Part shown: piece by piece, positions 45,409 to 55,580 of the stretch
Position numbering within the stretch: position 1 is the stretch's first letter
How the letters are laid out: every line of letters begins with the position of its first letter
Assembly (NCBI GenBank): GCA_963789955.1
Contig: CAWBMV010000001.1
Location: 320,001 to 384,000 of the forward strand
Length of the DNA stretch: 64,000 nucleotides
DNA from: an uncultured Candidatus Rokubacteria bacterium
Lineage (GTDB): Bacteria; Methylomirabilota; Methylomirabilia; Rokubacteriales; CSP1-6
Reading direction: 5' to 3'
Position numbers and translations under genes: made by a program
Notes under the pieces: generated by a model
Seen by the model: only the letters and a program-made list of their open reading frames with translations
The model's database searches: none
Told to the model about the DNA's origin: nothing

Positions 45409-46149
45409 CTATGATCTGGGTGCCGAGGACAGGAAATCGACGACCGCCGTTTCTAGGTTATACATCGCCCCGGCGATCTTGACGGCGCCCGCGGTCTCGA
45501 GCTCGGCGATGACGGCACTGCCACTGCGGATCCCGGCCATGGTGAGCTCGACATTCTTTCGAGCGACCGCGTCGACGAAGGCATAGTTCTTCGCGGAGCG
45601 CTCGCCCTGATACGAAGTGGCATCCACCGCTGGCTGGATCTTCGCGAGCAGCCCGGTGAGATTGCCGAGCTGGGCCCGGTCGATGGCGCCCTTGATCGCG
45701 CCGCACGCGGTGTGGCCCATCACCAGCACGACCTTGGCGCGGGCTATCTTGCAGGCGAACTCCATGCTCCCGAGGATGTCGTCGTTGGCGATGTTGCCGG
45801 CCACGCGCGCATTGAACACGTCGCCGATGCCGAGGTCCATGACCGTCTCGGCGGGTGCGCGAGAGTCGATGCAGCTCAGGATCACCGCGGCCGGATACTG
45901 TCCCTTCGCGCTGGCTCGCTGCTGAGCCAGGTAATCTTGCGTCGTTTTCCGGCCCATGCGGAAGCGCTCATTGCCTTTCTTCATCAGCTGGATGATCTCG
46001 TCCTGCGTCAGCCGGTCGCGCTGCGCCTTGGTCAGCGCGGCCGCCCAGGCGATCCGGCCGGGGAGCGCGGAACCAACGAGCGCGACCGCGCCGGCCATGC
46101 CCGCGGCTCTGAGAAATGCTCTGCGGTCGCGATCCCCCGGTTTGCTCAT
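45409..46149 (-). CDS. Beta-carbonic anhydrase with Tat signal
   Basis: RRAFL; SCIDSR, RVAGN, GHTACGA. Confidence 0.9.
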   Translation of the reverse strand: MSKPGDRDRRAFLRAAGMAGAVALVGSALPGRIAWAAALTKAQRDRLTQDEIIQLMKKGNERFRMGRKTTQDYLAQQRASAKGQYPAAVILSCIDSRAPAETVMDLGIGDVFNARVAGNIANDDILGSMEFACKIARAKVVLVMGHTACGAIKGAIDRAQLGNLTGLLAKIQPAVDATSYQGERSAKNYAFVDAVARKNVELTMAGIRSGSAVIAELETAGAVKIAGAMYNLETAVVDFLSSAPRS

Positions 46150-46345
46150 GCCGATCTTCCTCGAACACGTGCTGTATGTCAGGGACGCGATCGTCTCAGG
46201 CGGGCCGACGACCCTCCGTCAATCTTCAGCGCCGCCCTGGTTGCTCGTCACCATCCGCCAGACGCTGTCTGTCCCCGCGTTCAGGACGGGTTACGATGGC
46301 GCGCTCAATGGCCTTCCCCAGCCGAAGCATCGAGGAGACCCTGAC

Positions 46346-47401
46346 ATGATTCTACGAGTTTTGCTGCTCGCCATCCCGGCGACATTTCTTGTGCACCAGC
46401 TGGCCGGCGATCGCACGACCCTGCTGTTCTTTTGCAGCATAGTCGCGATGATCCCCGCGTCGTTATATATCGAGAAGTCCACAGACTCGCTCGCGACGTA
46501 TCTCGGACAGAGCGTGGAGGACTGGTCAACGCGACGTTCGGGAACCTCCCGGAGCTCTTCATCGGCGTGGCCACTCTGCGGCTGGGCTTGCAGGATTTCC
46601 TGAAGGCGCAGATCGTCGGCGGCATCATCGTCAACCTGCTGCTCGTCCTTGGAGTGGCCATGCTCCTCGGTGGCCTTCGCTATCACCTGCAAGCGTACAG
46701 CACGATCAGCGCACGATCCTACTCGTCCCTGATGCTTCTGGCGATCGTCGCTCTTCTGTTCCCTTCCGCCTATGTCGCGGCGTCGCCGCAGTTCGACACC
46801 CATCGGCTCGTCGTGTTGTCGGTCTGTGTCGCGCTCGTCCTTTTGATCACGTACGTGCTGTACCTGGTCTTCAGTTTACGGACTCACAAGGACGTCATGG
46901 ACACGCCCGAAGAGGTCGAAGCTGTTCAGACGAGTCTCGCTGGTCACTGCCGGTTTCCGTCGCGGCCTTGCTGGCCTCATCGCTCTGTGCCGTGTGGCTC
47001 AGCGATATCCTGGTCGACTCGGTGACGCCGGCAGCAACCGCGCTGGGTCTCAGTCAGGTCTTCATGGGCATCATTCTGATGGGCACGATCGGCAACGTCT
47101 CGGGGTTGGTCACCGCGATCAAAGCAGCGCGGAAGGATCGGATGGACCTGGCGTTCAGCGTGTGTGTGGGCTCGAGCGTCCAGCAGGCGCTTTTCGTGGC
47201 TCCGGCCCTGGTGCTCCTGAGCTTGGTCCTCGGGAAGGCTCCAATGGATTTTGCGTTCAAGCCGGCGATGGCCGTGAGCCCCTTGCTTTGCGTGGTGCTG
47301 ATGGGCGTGCCATCTCCGACGGCCAGAGTCACTGGATGAAAGGTGTTCAGCTGCTCGCGCTCTTTGGCGTCCTCACGAGCGTCATTCTGGTGCTGACGTA
47401 G
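46346..47401 (+). CDS. Ca2+/H+ antiporter (CAX/ChaA family; several indels)
   Basis: GGLVNATFGNLPEL, FSLRTH, IGN, GSSVQQALFVAP. Confidence 0.8.
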
Positions 47402-47524
47402 GCGGTGATCGGAGGTCAGGAGGCCCCCCGCGCTGCAGGAGCTCGTCGACCCACTCGCGGGCGAGTGGGTCGGCATGTCGGTGTAGTCGCAGTGGCCAGG
47501 GACGAAGGTCCGATAGCCCCGGAT

Positions 47525-47878
47525 CTAGCTGGCGTCGCGCCAGAGCGCCATCCGCCTGAAGCCCTCGGCGTGCTTGACCCCGACCTCCTTGCCGTCGCGC
47601 AGCGCCCACGCGCGCAGCAGCTCATCGACCCACTCGCCCTTACCCACCTGCGACACGTGCGCCTTGAGCGCGGAGCACTTGAGCGCGAGCGTGTCGGTGA
47701 TGTCGATATAGGTGTCGGACGGGATCGCGCCGCTGATGAACACTTCTTTCACTTTGTGCGGCTCGAGCCCCTCGGCGAGGAGCTCCTGAAAGATCACGCG
47801 CGTCTCCGAGGACGGAAAGACCGCGTCGAGCGCCGCGCTGGCGACCGCGCGGTGGTCGGGGTGATTCAGGTACTCGTT
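47525..47878 (-). pseudogene. Duplicated 3' half of the PIG-L deacetylase gene
   Basis: NEYLNHPDHRAVASAALDAVFPSSETR...RRMALWRD is nearly identical to ~48189-48538, with synonymous differences. Confidence 0.85.
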
Positions 47879-47888
47879 AGCGCAGACG

Positions 47889-48074
47889 AACTCCGATGGG
47901 TCGCTGACGCTCTTCATCCAGAACAAGACGCCGGGGCGGGCCAGGGAATCCAACTGGCTACCCGCGCCGGCCGGCCCGATCTACCTGGTGATGCGCCTGT
48001 ACTGGCCGAAGGACACGCCGCCCTCGATCCTGCCGGCGGGTGAGGGAACGTGGAGTCCGCCCGCGCTCGTCGCG
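47889..48074 (+). pseudogene. DUF1214-type C-terminal fragment
   Basis: Manual translation NSDGSLTLFIQNKTPG...ESNWLPAPAGPIYLVMRLYWPK...WSPP; no start codon. Confidence 0.7.
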
Positions 48075-48141
48075 TCGCTCCGCAATTCCCGCAGAAATGG
48101 TTGCCGTCGGGATTCTGAGACTTGTACGCGGCGCAGAACAT
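48075..48141 (-). pseudogene. 5' fragment of a zinc-ribbon-led protein
   Basis: MFCAAYKSQNPDGNHFCGNCGA (double zinc-ribbon-like) with RBS GGGAG, truncated after ~23 codons. Confidence 0.55.
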
Positions 48142-48180
48142 GAATCTCCCACCGGGTGGTGCAGTACAGGACCGGGGCCC

Positions 48181-48931
48181 CTAGGTCTCGTCGCGCCACA
48201 ACGCCATCCGCTTGAACCCCTCGGCGTGCTTCGACGCCGACTTCCTTGCCGTCGCGAAGCGCCCACGCGCGCAAGAGCTCGTCGACCCACTCGCCCTTGC
48301 CCACCTGCGAGACGTGCGCCTTGAGCGCCTGAGCACTTCAGGCGCGAGCGTGTCGGTGATGTCGATGTAGGTGTCGGTCGTGGAGCGCGCCGCTGATGAA
48401 GACTTCTTTCACCTTGTGCGGCTCGAGCCCCTCGGCGAGGAGCTCCTGGAAGATCACGCGTGTCTCCGAGGACGGAAAGACCGCGTCGAGCGCCGCGCTG
48501 GCGACCGCGCGGTGGTCGGGGTGGTTCAGGTACTCGTTGCCGTACCAGCGCATCGTCGGATCGCCGCACACCACGACGTGCGGCTTGACGCGGCGAATCA
48601 CGCGCGTCAGGTCACGCCGCAGCGCGATCGTCGGCTCGACGACACCGTCCTGATAGCCGAGGAAGACGATGTCCTTCACGCCGAGGATCTTCGCGGCGTC
48701 CCACGACTCGCGCTCGCGGATCGGGATCAGCCCCGTGTTGTCCGGCGTGTGCTCGTTGGTGCCGGAGCCGCCGGTCGTGACCAGGCAGAACACGACGTCG
48801 CGGCCCTCACGCGCCCAGCGGGCGACACTCCCCGCGATCGTGAACTCGTTGTCGTCCGGGTGCGCGGAGATGCAGAGGATCCGCGTGAAGTCTTTTGGCA
48901 GCGTGTGCGGCTTGCGCGCTTTGTCCGCCAT
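48181..48931 (-). CDS. PIG-L family deacetylase (frameshifted)
   Basis: SAHPDD, NHPDH motifs. Confidence 0.85.
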
Positions 48932-48949
48932 CGTCCTGCTCCGTCCCGC

Positions 48950-50497
48950 CTATCCTCGCATGCCGAAGGTCGACGGCCCCGGCCGCCGGAGCGGCGCCGT
49001 GAGGTTGGCGAACTCGCACAGGAGCGGCCGCGTGTCGCGCGGGTCGACGATCTCCTCGATCCAGAAGGTCTCGGCCGAGCGGAACGGCGAGCGGAGCTTG
49101 TTGAGCCGATCTTCGATCTCCGCCATCTTGGCCGTCCGGTCCGGCGCCGCGTCCAGATCGGCGCGATAGGCGGCCTCGATCCCGCCCTCGAGCGGTAACG
49201 AGCCCCAGCGGCCCGACGGCCACGCGTAGCGCATGCAGTAGCGGCTCTGATTTCGATGGGCGGCGCCGGCCACGCCGAACGAGTTGCGCACGATCACCGC
49301 GCACCACGGAATCGTGGTCTGCCACATCGCCGACATGGCGCGCACGCCCTGCTTGATCGTCCCGCTCTTCTCGGCGTCGAGCCCGATCAGGAATCCGGGG
49401 CAATCGACCAGATAGACGACCGGAAGGTGGAACGTCTGCGCGATGTCGAGGAAGCGCTCGACCTTCTGGCAGGTGTCGGCCGGCCAGGCGCCGCCGTAGA
49501 AGTACGGATCGCTCGCCATCAGCGCGACCGGCCAGCCGTCGAGACGCGCGTAGCCGGTGATGACCGAGCGACCGTAGAGCGGCGCCACCTCGAAGAACGA
49601 GCCCTGGTCGACGACGGACTCGACGATGCGCCGCATCTTGTACGGCTTGCGCGGATCGTGCGGGATCGCCTCGAAGAGCCACGGGTCGCGGCGCTGCGGA
49701 TCGTCACCGCGGGGCCCGCGCGGCGGCACGTCGTCGATCGACGACGGGAGGTACGAGAGAAAGCGCCGCGCGCGCGCGAAGGCTTCTTCCTCGCTGTCGA
49801 CGGCGTCGTCGACGGCGCCGGCCTTGAGCTGGATCTCCCAGCCGCCGAGCTCGTTCTTGGTGAGCTTCTGGCCGAGGCGCTCGACCACCGGCGGGCCGGC
49901 GACGAAGAGCGCCGAGAGGTTCTTCACCATGATCGAGTAGTGCGCGGCGGCGAGGTGGGCGGCGCCGAGGCCGGCGACCGAGCCGAGGCCGAGCGCCACG
50001 CGCGGGATCGTCGCCATGTTGCTGACGACCCACTCCCAGCCGTCGACACCCGGCACATTGGCGCGGCCCGTCGTCTCGATCGTCTTCACCGAGCCGCCGC
50101 CGCCGGAGCCCTCGACCAGTCGGATCAACGGCAGGCGCAGGTCGTGGGCCATCCGCTCGCACTGGTTGTGCTTGCCGCGAATGGTCGCGTCGGCCGAGCC
50201 GCCGCGCACGGTGAAGTCGTCACCGCCGATCACGACCGGCCGCCCGTCGACCTCGGCGCGGCCGAACACGAAGTTCGAAGGCGTGAACGCGACGAGGTCA
50301 TTCTTCGCGTCGTATCTCGCGCTGCCGGCGATCTTGCCGATCTCGTGGAAGCTGCCGGGGTCGGCGAGCTTGGCGACGCGCTCGAGAATCGTCAGGCGGC
50401 CGCCGTCGTGCTGGCGCTTCACCCGCTCGGGCCCGCCCAGCTGCGAGGCGAGCTCCTCGCGACGCCTCAGCTCGTCCAGCTCCTTTTGCCAGTCCAT
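48950..50497 (-). CDS. Acyl-CoA carboxylase carboxyltransferase subunit
   Basis: DFTVRGGS, LFVAGPPVV, VDCPGFLIG, IVDPRDTR. Confidence 0.9.
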   Translation of the reverse strand: MDWQKELDELRRREELASQLGGPERVKRQHDGGRLTILERVAKLADPGSFHEIGKIAGSARYDAKNDLVAFTPSNFVFGRAEVDGRPVVIGGDDFTVRGGSADATIRGKHNQCERMAHDLRLPLIRLVEGSGGGGSVKTIETTGRANVPGVDGWEWVVSNMATIPRVALGLGSVAGLGAAHLAAAHYSIMVKNLSALFVAGPPVVERLGQKLTKNELGGWEIQLKAGAVDDAVDSEEEAFARARRFLSYLPSSIDDVPPRGPRGDDPQRRDPWLFEAIPHDPRKPYKMRRIVESVVDQGSFFEVAPLYGRSVITGYARLDGWPVALMASDPYFYGGAWPADTCQKVERFLDIAQTFHLPVVYLVDCPGFLIGLDAEKSGTIKQGVRAMSAMWQTTIPWCAVIVRNSFGVAGAAHRNQSRYCMRYAWPSGRWGSLPLEGGIEAAYRADLDAAPDRTAKMAEIEDRLNKLRSPFRSAETFWIEEIVDPRDTRPLLCEFANLTAPLRRPGPSTFGMRG

Positions 50498-50509
50498 GCG
50501 GCCCGCCCG

Positions 50510-50656
50510 TTACTCTTTCTTTCGACGGCGATCGTCGCCACCTTGTGGATATCGCTGGCGCAGGAGCTCGATGAGCTTTTGCTCTTCTTGCTTCGTCAGG
50601 GCGTCGAGCCAGCTCCTGATGTCGTGACGGTCGTCACGGTCGGCGGTCTCGGACAC
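50510..50656 (-). CDS. Small hypothetical protein
   Basis: GTG start with RBS GGAGG; DIRSWLDALTKQEEQKLIELLRQRY. Confidence 0.5.
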   Translation of the reverse strand: MSETADRDDRHDIRSWLDALTKQEEQKLIELLRQRYPQGGDDRRRKKE

Positions 50657-50836
50657 GTCGCACCTCCCCCGGGGCCCCGTCATTATACGGGACGCATGAC
50701 GCACTCGGCGGTGTGTTACCTATCTATCCATATGCGCTATATGCGCGCCTAGCCCGGCGGGGCCTCAGCCCCACGACGGGCTGCGGCGCGCACCGCGATC
50801 GAGCAGAGAGCCCACCGGCTCGGAGGGAGGCCCGGC

Positions 50837-52355
50837 GTGGACGACATACTGATCGGCAAGGGTGACCGGCCCGTTCACCTGCTGCCCAGGTACGGCAACC
50901 GCCACGGCCTGGTCGCCGGCGCCACCGGCACCGGCAAGACGATCTCGCTGATGGTGATGGCGGAAGGCTTCTCGCGTCTGGGCGTGCCGGTGTTCATGGC
51001 CGACGTGAAGGGCGACGTCGCGGGCCTGTCGATGGCGGGCACGCCGAACGACAAGATCCGCGAACGCGTCACCCAGATCGGCATGCAGGGCTACACCAAC
51101 GAAGCCAGCCCCGTGGTGTTCTGGGATCTCTACGGCAAGGCCGGCCATCCCGTCCGCGCGACGATCAGCGAGGTCGGCCCGAGCCTGCTGGCGCGCATGC
51201 TCGAGATCAACGACACGCAGGAGGGCATGCTCGAGATCGCCTTCAAGCTCGCGGACGACCGCGGGCTCCTGCTGCTCGATCTCGACGACCTGCGCGCGCT
51301 GCTCGACTTCGTCGCCGACAACCGCAAGGAGATCTCGACGAAGTACGGGCTGATCAGCACGCAGTCGATTGCGGCCATCCAGCGCGCGCTCCTCGGGCTC
51401 GAGCGCGAGGGCGGGGAGGCGCTGTTCGGCGAGCCGGCGCTCGACCTCAAGGACCTGATGCGCACGGATACGAGCGGCCGCGGGCTCGTCAACATCCTGG
51501 CGGCCGACCAGCTCATCCTGAAGCCGCGGCTCTACTCGAGCTTCCTCCTGTGGCTCCTCTCGGAGCTCTTCGAGAATCTCCCGGAGGTCGGCGATCTCGA
51601 CAAGCCGAAGCTGGTCTTCTTCTTCGACGAGGCGCACCTGCTCTTCGACGATGCGCCGTCGGCGCTGCGCCAGCGGGTCGAGCAGGTCGTCCGGATCATC
51701 CGATCGAAGGGCGTCGGCGTCTACTTCTGCTCGCAGTTCCCCGACGACGTGCCGAACGAGATCCTGGGCCAGCTCGGCAATCGAGTCCAGCACGCGCTGC
51801 GCGCCTACACGCCTCGCGACCAGAAGGCGGTGCGCACCGCGGCCGAGACGTTCGTGGCCAACCCCAAGCTCGACGTCGCCAAGGTGATCGCCGAGCTCGG
51901 CGTGGGCGAGGCGCTCGTGTCGACGCTCCAGGACAAGGGCGTGCCGATGCCGGTCGAGCGCACGATGATCTGCCCCCCGCGCTGCCGCATGGGCGCGATC
52001 ACGCCGGAGGAGCGCGCGACGGTCCGCTCGCGGAGCCCGATCGGTGGCAAGTACGACACGCGGGTGAATCGGGAGTCGGCCTACGAGATCCTGAACAATC
52101 GGACCGTGTCGACCGGTGCGCCGGCGGCGAAGCCGAGCGATGCGCCGTCGCAAGCCCCGGCCGCATCCGCGCCGAGCAGGACGCCGGCAGACCGGCCTCG
52201 GCTCGCAGGTGAGCGAGATCCTCTGGGGCAACAAGCGCCGCCAGGGCATGGTCGAAGCGATGGCCAAGCAGGCCGCGCGCACGGTCGGCAGCCAGATCGG
52301 GCGGCAGATCATCCGCGGCGTGCTCGGCGGAATCCTCGGCGGGTCTCGACGATAG
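50837..52355 (+). CDS. DUF853/HerA-like ATPase (YjgR family; indel near 3' end)
   Basis: NRHGLVAGATGTGKT, DVKGD, FFDEAHLLF, GNRVQHALRA, C-terminal GRQIIRGVLGGILGG. Confidence 0.9.
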
Positions 52356-52473
52356 TGCGCGCGCTCGTTTGGTTCGGCCTCATGATGCACCGTCGCGGAC
52401 CGCGCCAAGCAGACCTACCCCGCAACATCCCGATCCCCTGAGGACACATGCGCGACGAGGTGTTCGAGACGAG

Positions 52474-53325
52474 CTAGATCTGCGAGTAGCCGCTGCCCGG
52501 CGTCTCGACGCCCCGGCCGCGCCCATCCGTGATCCAGCCGAACTCTTTCAGGATCTGCTGGCTGTACGTGACGCGTCCGGAGACTCGTTCGATCGGCTCG
52601 GTCGCGAGCAGGAGCGCCGCCTTCGCCATGAGCTCCGGCCCCTCGCCGCGAGGGTCGTCGATGCTCTTGACGAGACGGTGGTAGACGGTGCCTGGTGTCG
52701 GCACGATCTGCGAGGGTGAGACGCACGTCACCGACACGCCGTACTGATAGACCTCGGCGGCGAGGCCCTGCGAGAAGCGCTCGAGCGCCGCCTTTTCCGC
52801 GCCGTAGCACGTGCCGCCGCGCGCCCCGATCGCCGGATCAGGATACGGGCCGCGTCCGGGCCCGATCGCGGCGCCCGACGAGATGTTGACGATCGCGCCC
52901 GTACCACGCGGAATCATCTCGGCGAGCGCCAGCTGGCTCAGCACGAATGGGGCGTGGAAGTTCACGGCCCACGAGCGCAGCCACCGATTCAGCGGGAAGT
53001 CCTTGATCGGCAGGTAGTAGGTGAGCGCCGCGTTGTTGACGAGCACGTCGATGGGGCCGTAGCTCTCACGCGCGGCGCCGATCAGCGTCTCGCACTCGGC
53101 GGGCTCGGCGATGTTGGCGGTGAACGCCCGCGCCTCACCGCCCGCGGCGCGAATCGACGCGACCGTGGTCTCGAGCGAGCCCGCCAGCTGGTGATCGCCC
53201 TCGCGCAGGGTGCGCGCGGCGCAGATCACCCGGCCGCCTTCGGCCGCGAAGAGCCGCGCGATCTCGGCGCCGATGCCGCGCGAGGCGCCCGTCACCACCG
53301 CGACTTTCCCGTCCAGTTTTCCCAT
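52474..53325 (-). CDS. SDR family oxidoreductase
   Basis: TGASRGIG, NNAA, YGAEK. Confidence 0.9.
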   Translation of the reverse strand: MGKLDGKVAVVTGASRGIGAEIARLFAAEGGRVICAARTLREGDHQLAGSLETTVASIRAAGGEARAFTANIAEPAECETLIGAARESYGPIDVLVNNAALTYYLPIKDFPLNRWLRSWAVNFHAPFVLSQLALAEMIPRGTGAIVNISSGAAIGPGRGPYPDPAIGARGGTCYGAEKAALERFSQGLAAEVYQYGVSVTCVSPSQIVPTPGTVYHRLVKSIDDPRGEGPELMAKAALLLATEPIERVSGRVTYSQQILKEFGWITDGRGRGVETPGSGYSQI

Positions 53326-53511
53326 GGCTTTTCGTGGGTCTGTCGATGATTCCGCCAATCAATAACAGCCTCGCCAGGCCTGGCGCAAGCGGCTTTCTTA
53401 CGCGCGCGCCAGGGGATCTTCCGCCGGCCCCGGCCGGGAAAGTCCCGATTGTGACGGATCGGCGACGCGGGCGATCGTGGCTTTCAGGACTACGGAACGA
53501 GGGAGGTCGCC

Positions 53512-53687
53512 ATGACCGTCGTCTGTGCGTGGTGTCAGCGTCAGGGACGGTGACGGTGCTCCGGGAGAAGGAGCCACTCGACTATCCCGGCATCTCGCAC
53601 GGCATCTGCGAGGAGCACGCGGTCGCGTTCATGGCCGAGGTCCGAGCCCAGATCCGCTCGACGCCCCTCGACCGTCGCGCATCGTAA
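53512..53687 (+). CDS. Small Cys/His putative metal-binding protein (frameshifted)
   Basis: MTVVCAWCQ... plus SHGICEEH; RBS GGAGG. Confidence 0.65.
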
Positions 53688-53891
53688 GAAGAGTTCTTTG
53701 TTCGCCCGCCGAAGGCTCGCGCGAGCCCGTCCTGGGATTTCCGCGCGAATGGTCAGGTAAACACCTGATGGGAGGGTCAGCATATGACCCCCTAGAGTTG
53801 TTCTGTTACCGCACGCGCCCGCGCTCTCGACCCGTGTCGAGCATGTCGCGCAAGGCCAGGAGGACCCGATGAATGGAAGCCAAGATGTGGC

Positions 53892-54075
53892 ATGACGAGG
53901 GAAGAGCTCTTCGCCGAAGCCGCATCCGTCTACGACCCCAGACCCTTGTTAGTATCGGGGTAGACCTGGGGAAGATGAACACGGTCGGCGACTCCAGGGT
54001 GGTATCGAGGAGGCCGAGCGGCTGCTCGGCTACAAGGTCGTCCTGATGCAGGAGCCCACGGCGCATTCCGCCTAA
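53892..54075 (+). pseudogene. rsbR: rsbR remnant with large internal deletion
   Basis: MTREELFAEAASVYD joined to STAS tail QTLVSIGVDLGKMNTVGD-QGGIEEA; directly upstream of rsbS. Confidence 0.65.
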
Positions 54076-54087
54076 GGGGACAAGGGC

Positions 54088-54471
54088 GTGCAGGTTCCGA
54101 TCCTCAAGCAGGGCGCCTATCTGATCGCCACGGTGCAGTCGGCGCTGACCGACGAGGACCTCAAGCAGCTGCGCGACACCCTGGTGCTCCAGGTCAGCAA
54201 GGTCCGGGCCCGTGGAGTCATCGTCGACGTCACCGCGCTCGACGTGATCGATTCGTTCGCGACCCGCACCTTGCGGGACGTGGCCTACATGATCCGACTG
54301 CGCGGCGCCGAGACCGTGATCGTCGGCATTCAGCCGGAGGTCGCCTTCTCGATGGTCAAGCTCGGGCTCACCCTGGAGGGCGTCGCGACCTCGCTGGACC
54401 TGGAGGAAGGCCTCGCGTACCTCAACCGCAAAGGCAATGCGCACGCTCAGGAGGTCCGGACTCATCGCTGA
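54088..54471 (+). CDS. rsbS: Stressosome STAS protein
   Basis: VPILK, GVIVDVTALDVIDSF, LRGAETVIVGIQPEVA, LDLEEG. Confidence 0.9.
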   Translation: MQVPILKQGAYLIATVQSALTDEDLKQLRDTLVLQVSKVRARGVIVDVTALDVIDSFATRTLRDVAYMIRLRGAETVIVGIQPEVAFSMVKLGLTLEGVATSLDLEEGLAYLNRKGNAHAQEVRTHR

Positions 54472-54865
54472 TGAGGTGCGTGTTTCCATAGATTGTGACT
54501 CCGACGTCGTCTCGGCCCGGCAGAAGGGGCGCGAGCTGGCGTCACAGTGCGGATTTCCGTCCACCGACACGGCCGTCGTCGCCACCGCGATCTCGGAGCT
54601 GGCGCGGAATATCGTCCGCTACGCGGTGCGCGGCGAGATCATACTGCGATTGGTGCAGAACAACGGCAAGCGGGGGATCGAGGTGGTCGCCGCCGACGAC
54701 GGCCCGGGTATCGCCGACATCGGCCTGGCCATGCAGGACGGCTATTCCACCTCGGGCGGTCTGGGCCTCGGGCTGCCCGGCACCCGGCGGCTGATGGACG
54801 ACTTCGAGATCACCTCGGACTACGGGAAGGGCACGACGATCACGGTCCGGCGGTGGCGGCGTTGA
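54437..54865 (+). CDS. rsbT: Stressosome Ser/Thr kinase
   Basis: DVVSARQKGR, TAISELARNIVRYA, DDGPGI, GYST.GGLGLGLPG.RRLMDDF. Confidence 0.9.
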   Translation: MRTLRRSGLIADEVRVSIDCDSDVVSARQKGRELASQCGFPSTDTAVVATAISELARNIVRYAVRGEIILRLVQNNGKRGIEVVAADDGPGIADIGLAMQDGYSTSGGLGLGLPGTRRLMDDFEITSDYGKGTTITVRRWRR

Positions 54866-54965
54866 CCATTGCATGCATCGACCTGAGCCTTCTGGGCACG
54901 CGGAATCCGATGGACGACTTCGAGATCACGTTCGACCTAAAGGGCACGACGATCACGGTCCGCCG

Positions 54966-55580
54966 ATGGAGACGTTGATCAACGCGCCGATCGAGTGGGC
55001 CGTCGCCGAGCTCGCCCAGCCGGGCCAGAGCGAGTCCGGCGATCGTCACCTGGTCCTGTCCACCCCGGACGGCGGGCTCGTCGCGGTCGTGGACGGCCTG
55101 GGACACGGCGCTGAAGCCGCGAACGCCGCGAAGGTCGCGGTGAGGGCGCTCGAGCGCGGCGGGGATCGGCCGCTCGCTCAGCTCTTCCGGGACTGCCACC
55201 AGAGCCTGATCGGAACGCGCGGCGCCGTGATCAGCGCCGCGTCGTTCAGCGTCCCCGACGAGACGATGACGTGGCTCGGCGTCGGTAACGTCGAGGGCCG
55301 GCTTCTGCGGGCGCCCGTCTCGGGCGGCCCGCCGCCCGACGCGCTCCTCGTGCGGGGAGGCGTCGTCGGCGTCCGTCTGCCGCCGCTCGTGGCCCGGATC
55401 GCCCGCATCCGTCGGGGCGACATGCTGATCGTCGCGACCGACGGCATCCGCAGCGAGTTTCTGGACGCGGCGCTGCCCTATCAGGAGCCGCAGGCGCTCG
55501 CCGACCACGTGCTGGCGCGGTGGGGCACGCAGGCCGACGACGCCCTCGTCCTTGTTGTGCGCTATCTCGGGGCCGCGTGA
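54966..55580 (+). CDS. rsbX: RsbX-like PP2C/SpoIIE phosphatase
   Basis: SGD, VVDGLGHG, TRGAV, GVGNV, ATDGI, DDALV. Confidence 0.8.
   Translation: METLINAPIEWAVAELAQPGQSESGDRHLVLSTPDGGLVAVVDGLGHGAEAANAAKVAVRALERGGDRPLAQLFRDCHQSLIGTRGAVISAASFSVPDETMTWLGVGNVEGRLLRAPVSGGPPPDALLVRGGVVGVRLPPLVARIARIRRGDMLIVATDGIRSEFLDAALPYQEPQALADHVLARWGTQADDALVLVVRYLGAA

Noticed and set aside
50837..52355. HerA-like ATPase as an anti-phage system
   Set aside because: It is the widespread stand-alone DUF853/YjgR type, with no nuclease or SIR2 partner adjacent.
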